Below, one piece after another: positions 42,261 through 52,720 of a stretch of 64,000 nucleotides of DNA. Made by a program: the position numbers and the translations under genes. The notes under the pieces are model-generated. The model was not told where the DNA came from. It worked only from the letters and a program-made list of their open reading frames with translations, and ran no database searches. The stretch is from an uncultured delta proteobacterium (GTDB taxonomy: Bacteria > Myxococcota_A > Polyangia > Polyangiales > B10-G4). Where the stretch lies: the NCBI GenBank assembly GCA_963727445.1, contig CAVSGI010000021.1:416001-480000 (forward strand). Reading direction: 5' to 3'. The first letter of the stretch is position 1, and the number at the start of each line of letters is the position of its first letter.

Positions 42261-44289
42261 GGAAGAGCAGCGCCAGCAGCAACAGCGTCGACCCCGAGTC
42301 TGCCTCGGTGGCGCTGCAGCCGCCGCCGCCTCCGCGCGCCGAAGGTGGTGAGCGATCGCGCGCTCCGTCGATGCGCCCCACCACCACCAGCTCCCCTGCG
42401 ACGACGCCCTGCACCCGCGCCTCGAGCGTCACGCTCTCGCCAGCGAAGAGCGTGGGGAGCGAGACGTGGTCGTGGACCACGCCCGCGCGCGCCTGGACCG
42501 TGTCCATGCGCTCCCCCGTGAGGTAGAGATCCACTGGGCCGGTGTAGGGACCGTCCGCGGTGGTCACGCGACCGGCGACCACCAGCGAGGGGCTCGCGGA
42601 ATCGACCGGCGCGGTCGTGACCAGGAAGGCGCCCACAGGTCCGGCATCGCCGGAGATGAACGCCTCGGCATCGAGGTGACCGAAGCCAGCATGGGGATCC
42701 CAGGGCTCACCCACGGGGCGCGCCGCGTAGCGAATGCGTTCGAAATCGAGCGCGTCGGAGGAAGCGCCGAGGCCGAGGGCGATGACGCCTGCCGCGAGCG
42801 GAGCGGTGAAGCTCGTCCCGGAGACCGCGACGCGATCGGGAGCGACGCGCTGTCGGGCGATCCGATCGGCTGCGCCACGAAAGAGGTTCCCCGGATCACC
42901 GTCGACCGCGTCGGAGGAGAGCGCGGTGACGACCAGCGCGCCGGGCGCGACCAGATCGGGCTTGGCGCGGCCGCCCGGCGGCGGCCCCACGGCGCTGAAG
43001 GCAGCTACGTCGCCGCTCTCGCCGTCGATGCGGACCTCGCCAATCTCGGTGTCGCGATGGGTGTAGGTGATCGACGCGCCCACCGTGAGGACGCCCTCGG
43101 CCGTGCCGGGCACCGTGACGGTTCCGCTCTCCTCGACGAAGGGACCGCGGAAGCGCGGCCCGAGCAGGGTGTTGCCGAGATCGTAGTCGACAATCCACGC
43201 ATCGAATCGGCCGCTGGTCTCGAGCGCCAGCTCGTAGTCTCCACCGAAGGTTCCGGTCTCGCCGTTGCCGAGGATCACGTAGAGAGTGCCACTGCGAGGA
43301 TCGGTAGCGAGGGTTCCATCCACCAACACGTGGGCGTCGGGGCCCGTCGCTTCGTCCCGACTGCCGAGCCCGATGGGGCCTACGCGCGTTCCGTCCGGGG
43401 CGGTGACGGTGAGGCGCGCGCTGGAGATGGCGGTGATGGCGATGCTCACGAAGCGCGTGTCGTCGGCGGTCTCGGGTCGCGGCACGGCGAGCTCGAGCGG
43501 GACGGCGGCGCGCGCCCCCAGGGAGCCAGTGGCATGGATGGGCGCGTCCCCGTCGTTGCCGGCGGCGACCACGATCCGTGCGCCCGACGCGGCGAGGGCG
43601 TCGAGCGCGAGGTCGAGGGGCTCGCTCCCGTCGTGGCGGCCGTCGTGTCCGCCGAAGGAGAGCACGGCGACTGTCCGATCCGGATCGTCGACCGCGAAGC
43701 AGGCCTGGGTGCCGAGAGCGATGCGTGAGTCGGAGAAGCCCAGGCCCTCTTCCAGCGGGAGCTTCACCACGATGAGCGACGCCTTCGGCGCCGCGCCCGC
43801 GAGCGGGCCCGGATCCTCACCGACGTCGGCGTCGTCACCCACCGCCACCGCGGCGACCGCCGTTCCGTGGCCGTTGGTGTCGCGGGGGACGTCCTCGCTC
43901 GCGTCGAGCTCGTCCCCCCGCCAGACGGCGCAGTCGAACATCTCTTCGAGCGCGGTGTGGATGCCGCGCGGCGGGCTCTCGAAGTCGAAGAGCCAGCGAA
44001 CGCGGGTGGCCCCGTGGGTGTCGCGGAAGTCGCGATGCGAGAGGTCCACGCCGGTGTCGACGACGCAGACGCTGGCGCCCGTTCCGTCGAGGCCCGTGGT
44101 GTTCCGTACGGCGATGATGCCCGCGGCTTCGGTCGCCGCATCCAAGAGCGGTCGCCGCGGCCAGCGCGGTGCGAAGCCGCCATCGGAGGCGGCGCGGAGC
44201 AGCCGTCCGGGATCGGGGAGCTGCGCGCGGGCGTCGCTCGCCGCCGCGAGGAAGGAAAGAAGGAGCAAGGAGACGAGGATGCGCATCAC
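42172..44289 (-). CDS. S8 subtilase with MYXO-CTERM-like anchor
   Basis: VDTG, GHGT, AAGN, KPDLVAPG, SGTS; GGGGCS...LLLLALLFL-RGRR. Confidence 0.88.
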   Translation of the reverse strand: MMRILVSLLLLSFLAAASDARAQLPDPGRLLRAASDGGFAPRWPRRPLLDAATEAAGIIAVRNTTGLDGTGASVCVVDTGVDLSHRDFRDTHGATRVRWLFDFESPPRGIHTALEEMFDCAVWRGDELDASEDVPRDTNGHGTAVAAVAVGDDADVGEDPGPLAGAAPKASLIVVKLPLEEGLGFSDSRIALGTQACFAVDDPDRTVAVLSFGGHDGRHDGSEPLDLALDALAASGARIVVAAGNDGDAPIHATGSLGARAAVPLELAVPRPETADDTRFVSIAITAISSARLTVTAPDGTRVGPIGLGSRDEATGPDAHVLVDGTLATDPRSGTLYVILGNGETGTFGGDYELALETSGRFDAWIVDYDLGNTLLGPRFRGPFVEESGTVTVPGTAEGVLTVGASITYTHRDTEIGEVRIDGESGDVAAFSAVGPPPGGRAKPDLVAPGALVVTALSSDAVDGDPGNLFRGAADRIARQRVAPDRVAVSGTSFTAPLAAGVIALGLGASSDALDFERIRYAARPVGEPWDPHAGFGHLDAEAFISGDAGPVGAFLVTTAPVDSASPSLVVAGRVTTADGPYTGPVDLYLTGERMDTVQARAGVVHDHVSLPTLFAGESVTLEARVQGVVAGELVVVGRIDGARDRSPPSARGGGGGCSATEADSGSTLLLLALLFLSRGRRPRSCAARRPGASQPRCRERRAPP

Positions 44290-45179
44290 AGCTGCGAGGC
44301 GAGATCGAGGAGACGGGATTCGAAGGGGGCGGGGACCGCCGGCTCGAGGGAGTGCAGAACGCTGGCGAGGGGATCGGGCGCGGGTCGGGCGGCGCCCGGC
44401 GCGCCGCCCTTCGAGCCGCCGAAGATCCGTGAGAGGACGCCGGCGCGGCGGCGCGGCGGCGCGCTTTCGGCGGGCCGGGAAGGCAGGCCCGCGGGGGGCG
44501 GGACTGCCGCGGCGGGCGCGGCGGGGGCCTCCTCGTCGAAAGCGCCGTCGTCCGCCAGCTCGTCCTGCGCCATCGCGCGGCCCGCCGACGGCAGAGGCGC
44601 GGGCGCGCGCGGCGCCGGGAGCGCCTCGCGCGCGGCGAGCTCTTCCAGCGGCTCGACGCGCTCGAGAGCGGCGCGCATGCGCGAGAGCGCGCGGCTGACC
44701 CGCATCCGGGTCGCGCCGGCGCGGAGGCCGAAGACGTTGGCGAGCTCGTCGTAACTGAGCCCGTGCCGGTAGCGCAGGATGACCAGCGCGCGCTCGCCCT
44801 CGTCGAGCGCGGCGAGCGCGCGAAGCACGTCGGCGCGGTGCGAGAGGAGCTCGGAGGTCAGCGGTGACTCGTCCGGCGCGTCGCTCGGCTCGACGTCGCT
44901 GAAGGGCGCGCGGCCCTGGCTGCGGAGGTGATCGATGCAGCGGTTGCGCGCGATCGCCAGGAGCCAGGTGCGGCTCGACGCCTCGCGGCGATAGCTCGGC
45001 AGTGCGGAGAAAGCGCGGCTGAAGACGTCCTGGGCGAGATCCTCGGCGGTGAGTCGGTCGCGGATCATCGCTGAGCAGAGCCCATGCACCTCGTGGGCGT
45101 AGCGCTTGACCAACCAGGTCCCGGCGCCGCGCAGGTCCCCCGCGTCGAGGAGCCGATGAAGCTCTTCGTCGCCGAGCAC
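44286..45179 (-). CDS. ECF sigma factor with Pro/Ala-rich C-terminal extension
   Basis: AEDLAQDVF, TWLLAIARNRCIDHLR, GLSYDELA...RVSRA. Confidence 0.88.
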   Translation of the reverse strand: MLGDEELHRLLDAGDLRGAGTWLVKRYAHEVHGLCSAMIRDRLTAEDLAQDVFSRAFSALPSYRREASSRTWLLAIARNRCIDHLRSQGRAPFSDVEPSDAPDESPLTSELLSHRADVLRALAALDEGERALVILRYRHGLSYDELANVFGLRAGATRMRVSRALSRMRAALERVEPLEELAAREALPAPRAPAPLPSAGRAMAQDELADDGAFDEEAPAAPAAAVPPPAGLPSRPAESAPPRRRAGVLSRIFGGSKGGAPGAARPAPDPLASVLHSLEPAVPAPFESRLLDLASQL

Positions 45180-45180
45180 C

Positions 45181-46538
45181 TCAGCGCCTCCGTCGCCGGC
45201 GTCGCCGCCTTCGCCGCCGGCCGCCCCCGGAGGATCCGTCGGGCTCGGCGCCATCCGGGTCGGTGGCCCATTGAGGGATCTCGCGGCCGAGCGACTCGCA
45301 CTCGATGGCGAAATGTGTCGCGGCGTCGGAGAAGAAGTCGCGACGGGGAAGGGCGCCCAGCTTGCCGGTGGCGAGACGCCGCTGGGCCAGGACGATCGAG
45401 CGCACGCGATCCTTGAGGCGGCGCGGGATCGTGAGGCGCTGAGAGATGTCTTCGAAGAACTCCTCGAAGGCGACCGACGGATCGGTCGCGTCCTCGAGGT
45501 ATTCGGTGATCGGCCCGACCAGCAGGGTGGAGAAGAGCACCGCGTCCCGGGGGAGCCGGTCGTCCTGCTGGCGCTGGTCGACGGCGTCGAGGCGCTTCCA
45601 CAGCTCGTCGGTCCCCTCCGCTTCGTCGTCGAGCCAGCTGGCGAGCTCGGGCAGGAGCACCGAGAGCACACCCGTGTCCCAGAGCAACCACACCGAGCGA
45701 TGGGCAGCGCCGCCGCGGAGCAGGCGCAGGATCTCTTCGAGCACGCGCGGTCGGGCCGCGCGATCGAGATCGGCACGACACTCGACGATGGCGTCGTAGA
45801 GCTCGGGATCGATGCCGATGTCGAGACGCGCGCTGAACTTGATGGCCCTGAGGATGCGGATCGGATCCTCCCGCAGGCGGATGTCGGGGTGGCCGATGGT
45901 CTTGACCAACCGCTGGCGCAGGTCGGGGACGCCGCCGACGTAGTCGATGACCTCGGAGTTCTCGAGGTCGTAGAAGAGGCCGTTGATGGTGAAGTCGCGG
46001 CGGATCGCGTCCTCGTAGGGCTCGCCGAAGACGTTGTCGTGGCGGATCAGGAGATCCGCGTCGTCGCTTCGATCCTTGCGGGCGGGGCGGAGGATCAGGG
46101 GCGGCTCGTCGTAGCCTTTCACCGGGACGCCTTCGCGGACCTCGAAGCTCTGCCCCGGGTCGCGGCGGAAGGTCGCGGTCTCGATGATCTTTCCCCACCG
46201 AAGAGGATGTGGGCCAGCCGGAAGCGACGGCCGATGATGCGGCAGTTGCGGAAGAGGCGCCGGACCTCCTCGGGGCGGGCGTTGGTGGCGACGTCGAAGT
46301 CCTTGGGCCGCCGATCGAGGAGGAGATCCCGAACCCCCCCGCCGACCAGGTAGGCGGTGTAGCCGTGGCGGTTGAGCCTCCGGATCACCTTCACCGCGTC
46401 GGGATCGATGTTCTTTTCGTCGATCCCCTCGTCGTAGCGGGCAGGGGGCGGCGCTTCCTCTTCGAGGACCCAATCCTCGTCCGAGGCTTCCTTGTCCGTT
46501 GGGGACAGACTGTCTATATCCGATGCCACGGAGTCCAT
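45181..46538 (-). CDS. pcnB: Poly(A) polymerase I (frameshift near 46195)
   Basis: [21 protein letters not shown] signature [26 protein letters not shown], Arg-rich tail. Confidence 0.9.
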
Positions 46539-46667
46539 GGCGCTTTCTCGAGACCCTGCTGCCGCAGTCCAGGCCCTCTCCCGGGCCCCGTCTCGGCGCC
46601 CGAATGGGCGCGCGTCGCTGAGGTGTGTAGCAATCTCGGCTCCCTTCCGCAATCTGGAGTCGACCCC

Positions 46668-47738
46668 ATGACCCTCTCCCTCTCCCAGGCCGCCGGTCAG
46701 GTGCTCGTCGCCGGCTTTCCCGGCCCCGACGCCCCCCAGCGCCTCGTCGACGCCGCTCGGGCCGGCCAGCTGGGCGGCGTCATCCTCTTCAAGCGTAACC
46801 TCACGACCCCCGAGCGGGTGCCCGAGACCCTCCGGCCGCTTGTCGAGGCGGCCCCCGCCGAGCTACCGCTCCTGACGGCCATCGACCAGGAAGGGGGGCG
46901 GGTGGCCCGGCTCGGAGCGCCGGTGGTGAAGCTGCCGCCGATGCGGCGGCTGGGTGAGATCGACGATCCCGAGCTCACCGAGCGGGCGGGCCGGGTGCTG
47001 GGGCGCCAGCTGGCGGCCCTCGGGCTGAGCTGCGACTTCGCGCCCGTCCTGGACGTGGACACCAACCCCGACAATCCGGTGATCGGCGACCGCTCCTTCG
47101 GCCAGAGCCCAGCGGTGGTGATCCGCCACGCCCTGGCCTTCGCCCGGGGGCTCGCCTCCGCGAAGATCCTCGGCTGCGGCAAGCACTTTCCCGGGCATGG
47201 CGACACCGAGCTCGACAGCCACCTCGCCCTGCCACGCCTGAGCCACGACCGCGCCCGCCTGGACGAAGTGGAGCTCGCCCCCTTCGTGGCGGCGCGCGGA
47301 CAGATCCCGACCTTGATGACGGCTCACGTGATCTTCGACGCCCTCGATCCCGAGGTCCCCGCGACGCTCTCGAGGAAGGTGATCACCGGCCTGTTGCGCG
47401 AGGAGCTCGGGTACGACGGCCTGATCATCAGCGACGACCTCGAGATGAAAGCGGTGAGCGAAGGGTGGGGCGTCGTGGACGCAGGCCTTCGCGCGATCGA
47501 GGCGGGCTGCGACACGCTCCTCGTCTGCTCGGACCTCGACGCGATGGTCGCCACCCGCGAAGCCCTGGCCGCACGCGCCGCGGGGGACGTCGCCTTCGAA
47601 GCGCGCCTGATGAACGCCGCGGAGCGGAGCATCGGCGTGCGGCGAAAGTGCCCGCCGCGCTTCGGCGACGGAGGCCCCGGGCTCGCCGCCGAGGCGCGCG
47701 CGCTCGAGGCGGAGATCGCGCGAAGACTCGGCGACTGA
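46668..47738 (+). CDS. nagZ: Beta-N-acetylhexosaminidase (GH3)
   Basis: [33 protein letters not shown]. Confidence 0.93.
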   Translation: MTLSLSQAAGQVLVAGFPGPDAPQRLVDAARAGQLGGVILFKRNLTTPERVPETLRPLVEAAPAELPLLTAIDQEGGRVARLGAPVVKLPPMRRLGEIDDPELTERAGRVLGRQLAALGLSCDFAPVLDVDTNPDNPVIGDRSFGQSPAVVIRHALAFARGLASAKILGCGKHFPGHGDTELDSHLALPRLSHDRARLDEVELAPFVAARGQIPTLMTAHVIFDALDPEVPATLSRKVITGLLREELGYDGLIISDDLEMKAVSEGWGVVDAGLRAIEAGCDTLLVCSDLDAMVATREALAARAAGDVAFEARLMNAAERSIGVRRKCPPRFGDGGPGLAAEARALEAEIARRLGD

Positions 47739-47818
47739 CCTCGTGTCGATTGCCCCTTGTCGCCCGCATCCGGGGAGTTACCGGCCCCGCTACGGAAGTA
47801 CGAGCCCAGGAGGCAAGC

Positions 47819-48127
47819 ATGCGAATTCTGATGGAAGTGAACTTTCCCCACGAGCCATTCAACAGCTGCGTTCGGGACGGGACGGCAGGGCAGAAGATCG
47901 AGAAGGTGATGGAGGAGCTCCGCCCCCAGTCGATCTACTTCACGGAGCGCGGCGGACATCGCGGCTGCGTGGCCATCGTCGACGTGCCCAACGCCGCGCG
48001 GATCCCCGCGCTGGCCGAGCCGTTCTTCCTCTACTTCAACGCCGACGTGCACATGCGCATCGCGATGACTCCCGACGAGCTGAAGAAGGCCGAGCTCACG
48101 TCTCTCGGCAAGCGCTGGGCCGATTGA
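47819..48127 (+). CDS. Small DUF3303/GYD-like protein
   Basis: AGGAGG RBS; PQSIYFTE, IPALAEPFF, AMTPDEL. Confidence 0.7.
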   Translation: MRILMEVNFPHEPFNSCVRDGTAGQKIEKVMEELRPQSIYFTERGGHRGCVAIVDVPNAARIPALAEPFFLYFNADVHMRIAMTPDELKKAELTSLGKRWAD

Positions 48128-48228
48128 ATCGCGCCTCCACGGCTCGTCGCGGTGGGCTACTCGCGCGCGGGTAGCCCAGCGCGGCGCGCTGGTCGGGCGC
48201 CGCCCCGCCTTGTACCGTCCTCGCCGAG

Positions 48229-48948
48229 ATGACCATCGGCGTGCCTCTGCTTCCGGCGGGCTACAGCATCGAATCGTCCGATCCCCGGTCCGTCGACGAC
48301 AGGACCATGCTGGGTCTCCACGCGCTCGCCAACACCATGGCGAGCGAGCCCTACGCGCACTTCCTCGAGCACGCGCACGACAACGACGTGCTCTACGTCT
48401 TTCGCGGGCCGGACGGCGAGGAGGCGGGCTTCCAGTTCTGGAAGACCTTCGGGGAGCCGGGCCCGGTGCGGTATGCGCTGGGCGGCAAGCTCCGGGTTCG
48501 ACCGGAGGCGAGGCGCAAGGGCCTCCACGTCGCGGCGGGGCTGGCGCTGCTGCACCGTGAGAGACGCGCGCATCCCGACGCGCGCGTGCGCAGGCTCGCC
48601 ATCGTGAACCCCTTCGGCTTCGCCTCGCTGGTGCGCAGGCTCGCGCGGTGGGAGTGGGTCGGCCCCGGAGCGAACGAAGCGATCCATCCCATCGTCGCCC
48701 GCGAGTGCGAAGGGAGCGGCTTTCGCTTCGATCCCACGACAGGCCTCGCCCACGTGGGGATCACGCCCACCGCCGGCCAGATCGCCGCCTACCCCGAGTC
48801 CTTCTGGTCGTCGGAGCTCGTCCGGAGCTATCTCGCGAAGAACCCTCGCTACCGCGAGGACGGCACCAACCTGGTGCTGGTCTTCGACGCCGACGACGAC
48901 AACCTCGAAGCGCTGGGGCGGAGCCTGCGCGAGCGGGCGCCCAGGTGA
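48229..48948 (+). CDS. Hypothetical protein, possible GNAT fold
   Basis: VRPEARRKGL resembles GNAT motif A. Confidence 0.55.
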   Translation: MTIGVPLLPAGYSIESSDPRSVDDRTMLGLHALANTMASEPYAHFLEHAHDNDVLYVFRGPDGEEAGFQFWKTFGEPGPVRYALGGKLRVRPEARRKGLHVAAGLALLHRERRAHPDARVRRLAIVNPFGFASLVRRLARWEWVGPGANEAIHPIVARECEGSGFRFDPTTGLAHVGITPTAGQIAAYPESFWSSELVRSYLAKNPRYREDGTNLVLVFDADDDNLEALGRSLRERAPR

Positions 48949-49062
48949 TCAGCACGCGCGCCTCATCCTCTGGGTGGGCCGCGCATCGCCTGAGATGTGC
49001 CGACGAGCGGCGCCTGGGGTCCGGGCTTTTCCAAGCGTGCCCTCCGTGTGAGGATGGGACCC

Positions 49063-49467
49063 ATGAACCCACGCCTGCTTCCGTGTCCGTCATGCGCTCG
49101 CCACGTTCGTGTGTCCGAGGCGAGTTGTCCTTTCTGCACAGCAGCGCTTCCGCTCAGCCACCGGCGCGCCGGCCCGGCACCGCTCCCCAAGCGTCGTCTC
49201 GGTCGCGCTGCTTTGGCCGCGTTCGGGGCGGCGGCGATCGCGACCAGCGGATGTGGTGACGACGGGACGGCGATGGACTCGAGCGTCGCCGACTCCGCCA
49301 TCGACACCATCCCTTCGTTCGACGCCGCCTATGGCGGCCCGCCGGACACCGGTCCGCTCGATGCCGCGGTGGACGCCACCCCCGACGCGGCCCTGGACGC
49401 GGCCGCAGACGCCTCTGCCGATGGCGGGGATGGGGGCGGGGCCGACGCATCGGGCGACGGCGGCTGA
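49063..49467 (+). CDS. Small protein with CxxC/CPFC leader, lipobox and YGGPP motif
   Basis: CPSCARH...CPFC, hydrophobic helix, TSGC, AAYGGPP, D/A-rich repeats. Confidence 0.75.
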   Translation: MNPRLLPCPSCARHVRVSEASCPFCTAALPLSHRRAGPAPLPKRRLGRAALAAFGAAAIATSGCGDDGTAMDSSVADSAIDTIPSFDAAYGGPPDTGPLDAAVDATPDAALDAAADASADGGDGGGADASGDGG

Positions 49468-49537
49468 TCCGCTCCAGATCGCGCACTTCTCTCGCCGTCG
49501 CTTGCGTCTTTTGCCCCGCTCCTTACCTTCGTGGGCC

Positions 49538-50323
49538 ATGGCGGGGCGCTACAGCGACGACGAGATGAAGGAGATCCTCCGTCGGGCGCTCGAGGGCGAC
49601 GCGAGCGGGGATGGGGTCGAGCACGAGGATCTGGTGGCGGCCGCTGCCGAAGTGGGCATCGGCCGCGAGCTCGTCGAGCGCGCCGCCATCGAGATGCGTG
49701 ACGAGCGCGAGGCCCTCGCGCGCGTTCAACAGAAGCAGCGCAAGCGCCGGCGCAGGTTCTGGCGGTCCCTGGGCACCTTCGCCGTGGTCAACGCCTTCCT
49801 CTTCGCCATCGATTACCTCACCCCGGGCGGGCCGTGGTTCTACTGGCCGCTCCTCGGCTGGGGCCTGATGGTGGCGCTTCATGGGCTGCGCGTCCTGCCG
49901 CCGATGAGCGAGGACATGCAGCGCGAGCTCGTCGAAGAAGAGAAGCGCCGCATCGCGCGTCAGCGCCAGCGCGAAGCGCGCCGGCTGGCCAAGGAGGCCG
50001 AGCGGCGTGCGCGCCGCGAACGGCGGGGCGATCGTTCCGCAGCCGAGTCGGCCTTCGAGACGGCGGTGGAAGAAGGCGTCACCGCGCTGCTCAACGCGCT
50101 CGCCGGTCAGCTCTCCCGCGTCTCGCAGGGAGCCAGCGAGGGCCGCGCGCCCTCGGAGTTCGATCGCTACGTCGCGGGCGAGAAGGGCAAGGAGCGGATC
50201 CCTTCCGCCGACGCCCCCGTGACGCCCGCTTCACCGCGCGCCCGCGTCTCGATCGATCGAGCGGCCGCCGAGGTCGTCGAGGAAGAGCTCGAAGAAGCGC
50301 GCCGTCGCCGCCAGAGCGGCTGA
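49538..50323 (+). CDS. 2TM-domain protein with coiled coil
   Basis: YSDDEMKEILRRA; VNAFLFAID...WFYWPLLGWGL...H. Confidence 0.8.
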   Translation: MAGRYSDDEMKEILRRALEGDASGDGVEHEDLVAAAAEVGIGRELVERAAIEMRDEREALARVQQKQRKRRRRFWRSLGTFAVVNAFLFAIDYLTPGGPWFYWPLLGWGLMVALHGLRVLPPMSEDMQRELVEEEKRRIARQRQREARRLAKEAERRARRERRGDRSAAESAFETAVEEGVTALLNALAGQLSRVSQGASEGRAPSEFDRYVAGEKGKERIPSADAPVTPASPRARVSIDRAAAEVVEEELEEARRRRQSG

Positions 50324-50333
50324 GCTCCGGGCG

Positions 50334-51140
50334 CTACGCCACCGCGCGACGCTGATCGTCTCCGGCCACCAGATGCACGTCCGCGTCGAGGTAATAGCCT
50401 GCGTCGATCGTGACGATCAGCCCCTCGAGGCCCGTGCGACGAAGCGCATGGAGCGCGACGTGCACCCGGTTCTTCGCCTTGCTGCGCGTCAGCGAGGCGC
50501 CGTCTTCGGGCCACCCCACACGCACCAGCTCTTCGACCGAAGACGGATCCTCCGGCGCCGCGAGGCGCGTCAACGCCAGGTGGCGCAGGATGCGACGCGC
50601 GCTCATGCGCTGTCCCAGGTCCACCTCGCGCCCGTCCGGGAGCACGAACCACTGGGCTTCGGGACCGACCTCGAGGACCTTCGGCGGTGGCGGGACGACG
50701 GCGTGCGCGCGCTCGCCCGCGAGCTCGAGCGGCGCTCCGGCCGAGACGAGAAAGCGCGCGTTCGGCGCGCCACCCGACAGCCGTTGGATCAGAGCCCCGA
50801 GCTCGCCAGCGAGGTCGTCGGAGGAGTCGAAGAGCAACAGCGCGTGACCGGCCTCGGCGAGGGAGCGCGTCAGGAGCGCGTCGGTGGGCGTCTCGTTCTT
50901 CTTCATTCCGAGAGAGCGCGCGAGCTTCGCCCGGACCTCCTCCATGCTCGAGGGGTCGAGCACGCGGTGGACGCCGCCCTGGCCTTCGAAGGTGAAGGCC
51001 GGCTCCAGGAAGTTGGCCAGGTCCTTCGCGAGCTTGGACTTCTCGCGCCGCGAGGAGCCGGTGAGGGTCACGATCTTCGCCTCCTCGAGGAAGAGGTCTT
51101 CGATCGCCGTCAGGTCTTCGTTTTCGGTCCGAGTCTCCAT
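50334..51140 (-). CDS. Degenerate STAND ATPase fragment fused to a winged HTH
   Basis: VTLTG...KSKLA, LLLFD, LELAGE; C-terminal ELVRVGWP...NRVHVALHALRR. Confidence 0.65.
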   Translation of the reverse strand: METRTENEDLTAIEDLFLEEAKIVTLTGSSRREKSKLAKDLANFLEPAFTFEGQGGVHRVLDPSSMEEVRAKLARSLGMKKNETPTDALLTRSLAEAGHALLLFDSSDDLAGELGALIQRLSGGAPNARFLVSAGAPLELAGERAHAVVPPPPKVLEVGPEAQWFVLPDGREVDLGQRMSARRILRHLALTRLAAPEDPSSVEELVRVGWPEDGASLTRSKAKNRVHVALHALRRTGLEGLIVTIDAGYYLDADVHLVAGDDQRRAVA

Positions 51141-51153
51141 GCGGGCGCTGATG

Positions 51154-51169
51154 TGCAGCCGCCGTGCCG
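51154..51169 (-). promoter_or_regulatory. Putative sigma-54 promoter
   Basis: Minus strand CGGCACGGCGGCTGCA, 13 nt before the ATG at 51140. Confidence 0.55.
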
Positions 51170-51317
51170 CTTGTGAAGCGCCCGATCTGAGCACTTCTCT
51201 CCGCGGATCGGGCCCTCTCCGCGGGCCCCGCTCGCGGACTGCGCCGGGCGCCTGTTCGTCCTCTGGACGGTGGCTGCTTAAGGTGCGAACCAGAGAGCGC
51301 GGCCCGAAATCACGGGG

Positions 51318-52683
51318 CTATTCGCCCTGATCGAGGATCACCCGAAAGCTCCGAGCGTTCTCGTCCGGCTCGTCGGCGTCGGGGAGCCGAGCAGACAGGT
51401 TCGTGACCACCACCACCACCTCGGCGATCTCCGTCGTGTCCTCGGTGAAGTCGAGCTGGAGATAGGAGCGGGTGAGGCGACGGGGCGGCGCGCTCATCCG
51501 ACTCGATCTCACGACCACGCGCGTCGAGGCTCACGGCGACGAAGGACCAGCGCACGCCGAACTCGCCGCGGAGCCAGAGGCGCAAGCGATCGCCCGGCTG
51601 TGCCTCCGACACGTCCACCCGGAAGTAAGCGCTGCCGAAGGGCCCGATCTCCGGATCGTGCGGGCGCGTGTACTTCGAGAGCTCGGACCAGGTGAAGGAC
51701 TCGCTCACCGGGACCATCGCGTCCGCCGGCAGCGTGCGTGCCCAGTCACGAACCAGCGGCCCCTTCGCGCGGTCGCCGGTGAAGTAGCGTGCCACGGCGA
51801 GGTCTTCGATCAGCGCATCGATGTCGTCGTCGGGATCGACCTCGAGGATGGCCTCCATCGACTCCCAGAGATCGGGGCTCGCGCGCAGACCGGGGCGATC
51901 CCAGGTGCGTTGCCGCGCGACCTGCCAGATGTCGTGCACGATCGAGCCGCCGGCGCCGTCGTGCTGTGAGGCGAGCTCGGCCAGCAGGAGCGCGCCTCCG
52001 TCGCCGCCCTCCGGATCGTCGTTCACCCACCCCGTGTGCGCGCTCCGCTGTGGGGCGGCCACGAGCTCGGGGTCGCACCCCCAACGTCCGGTGGTGATCC
52101 ATGTGAGATAGGTGGCGGTGGCGTGGCGCCAACCCGGCGCCTCGGCCGGGTCCTGGCCGAGGAGCACCGCCTGCGCGTAGGCGGAGACGACGCAGGCTTC
52201 GAGGTCGAGTGCGCGCCGCGGATCGACCTGGGCGTAGGCGGAGGCGGTGTCGAGGTAGCTCCACAGCACGCGCGGGTCGGCGGCGGCCTCGTCCACCCGG
52301 CCCTCGGTGGGGGCGAGGTAGAGGTCCAGCTCGTCGCCCCCACCGCGTCCACCGTCGGGGGGCGGCAGGGTGAAGCCCAGCTGCTCCATCACGTCGTGGG
52401 CGAGCTCGGCAGCGTCCAGCGCTTCGGCGATCTGCGCCTCGGGCACCCCCGGCCCCGCGTGAATGGCGAGGGGGCGAAGCTCCGAGCGGGCGGCGATGGG
52501 CAGGTCGGGTCTCTGTCCCGGCGCCGGGGGGGACATGCGGTCGCCGGCCCAGCGCCGCATCCCGCCGAAGTAGTCCATGATGCCGAGCATCTGCGCCTCG
52601 GCGGCGCGCGGGAGCACGAGGGTGAGGAGGCAGAGGAGGGCGGGGAGGGCTCCCTTGGCGAGTCGGCGCGGAATATCAAGCAT
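51318..52683 (-). CDS. Exported protein resembling MXAN_6640-type metalloproteases (frameshift near 51500)
   Basis: Signal peptide ending AEA; PPPDGGRGGGDELDLYL; C-terminus continues in ORF 51318-51518. Confidence 0.6.
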
Positions 52684-52713
52684 TTGACACGATCCCCACG
52701 ACTCTTCTACACC
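52684..52713 (+). promoter_or_regulatory. Putative sigma-70 promoter, leaderless-like
   Basis: TTGACA-N18-TACACC, 7 nt before the ATG at 52721. Confidence 0.5.
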
Positions 52714-52720
52714 GGCTTTG

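Noticed and set aside
48153..48178. Hairpin tgggctactcgcgcgcgggtagccca as an intrinsic terminator
   Set aside because: No U-tract on either side; single copy.
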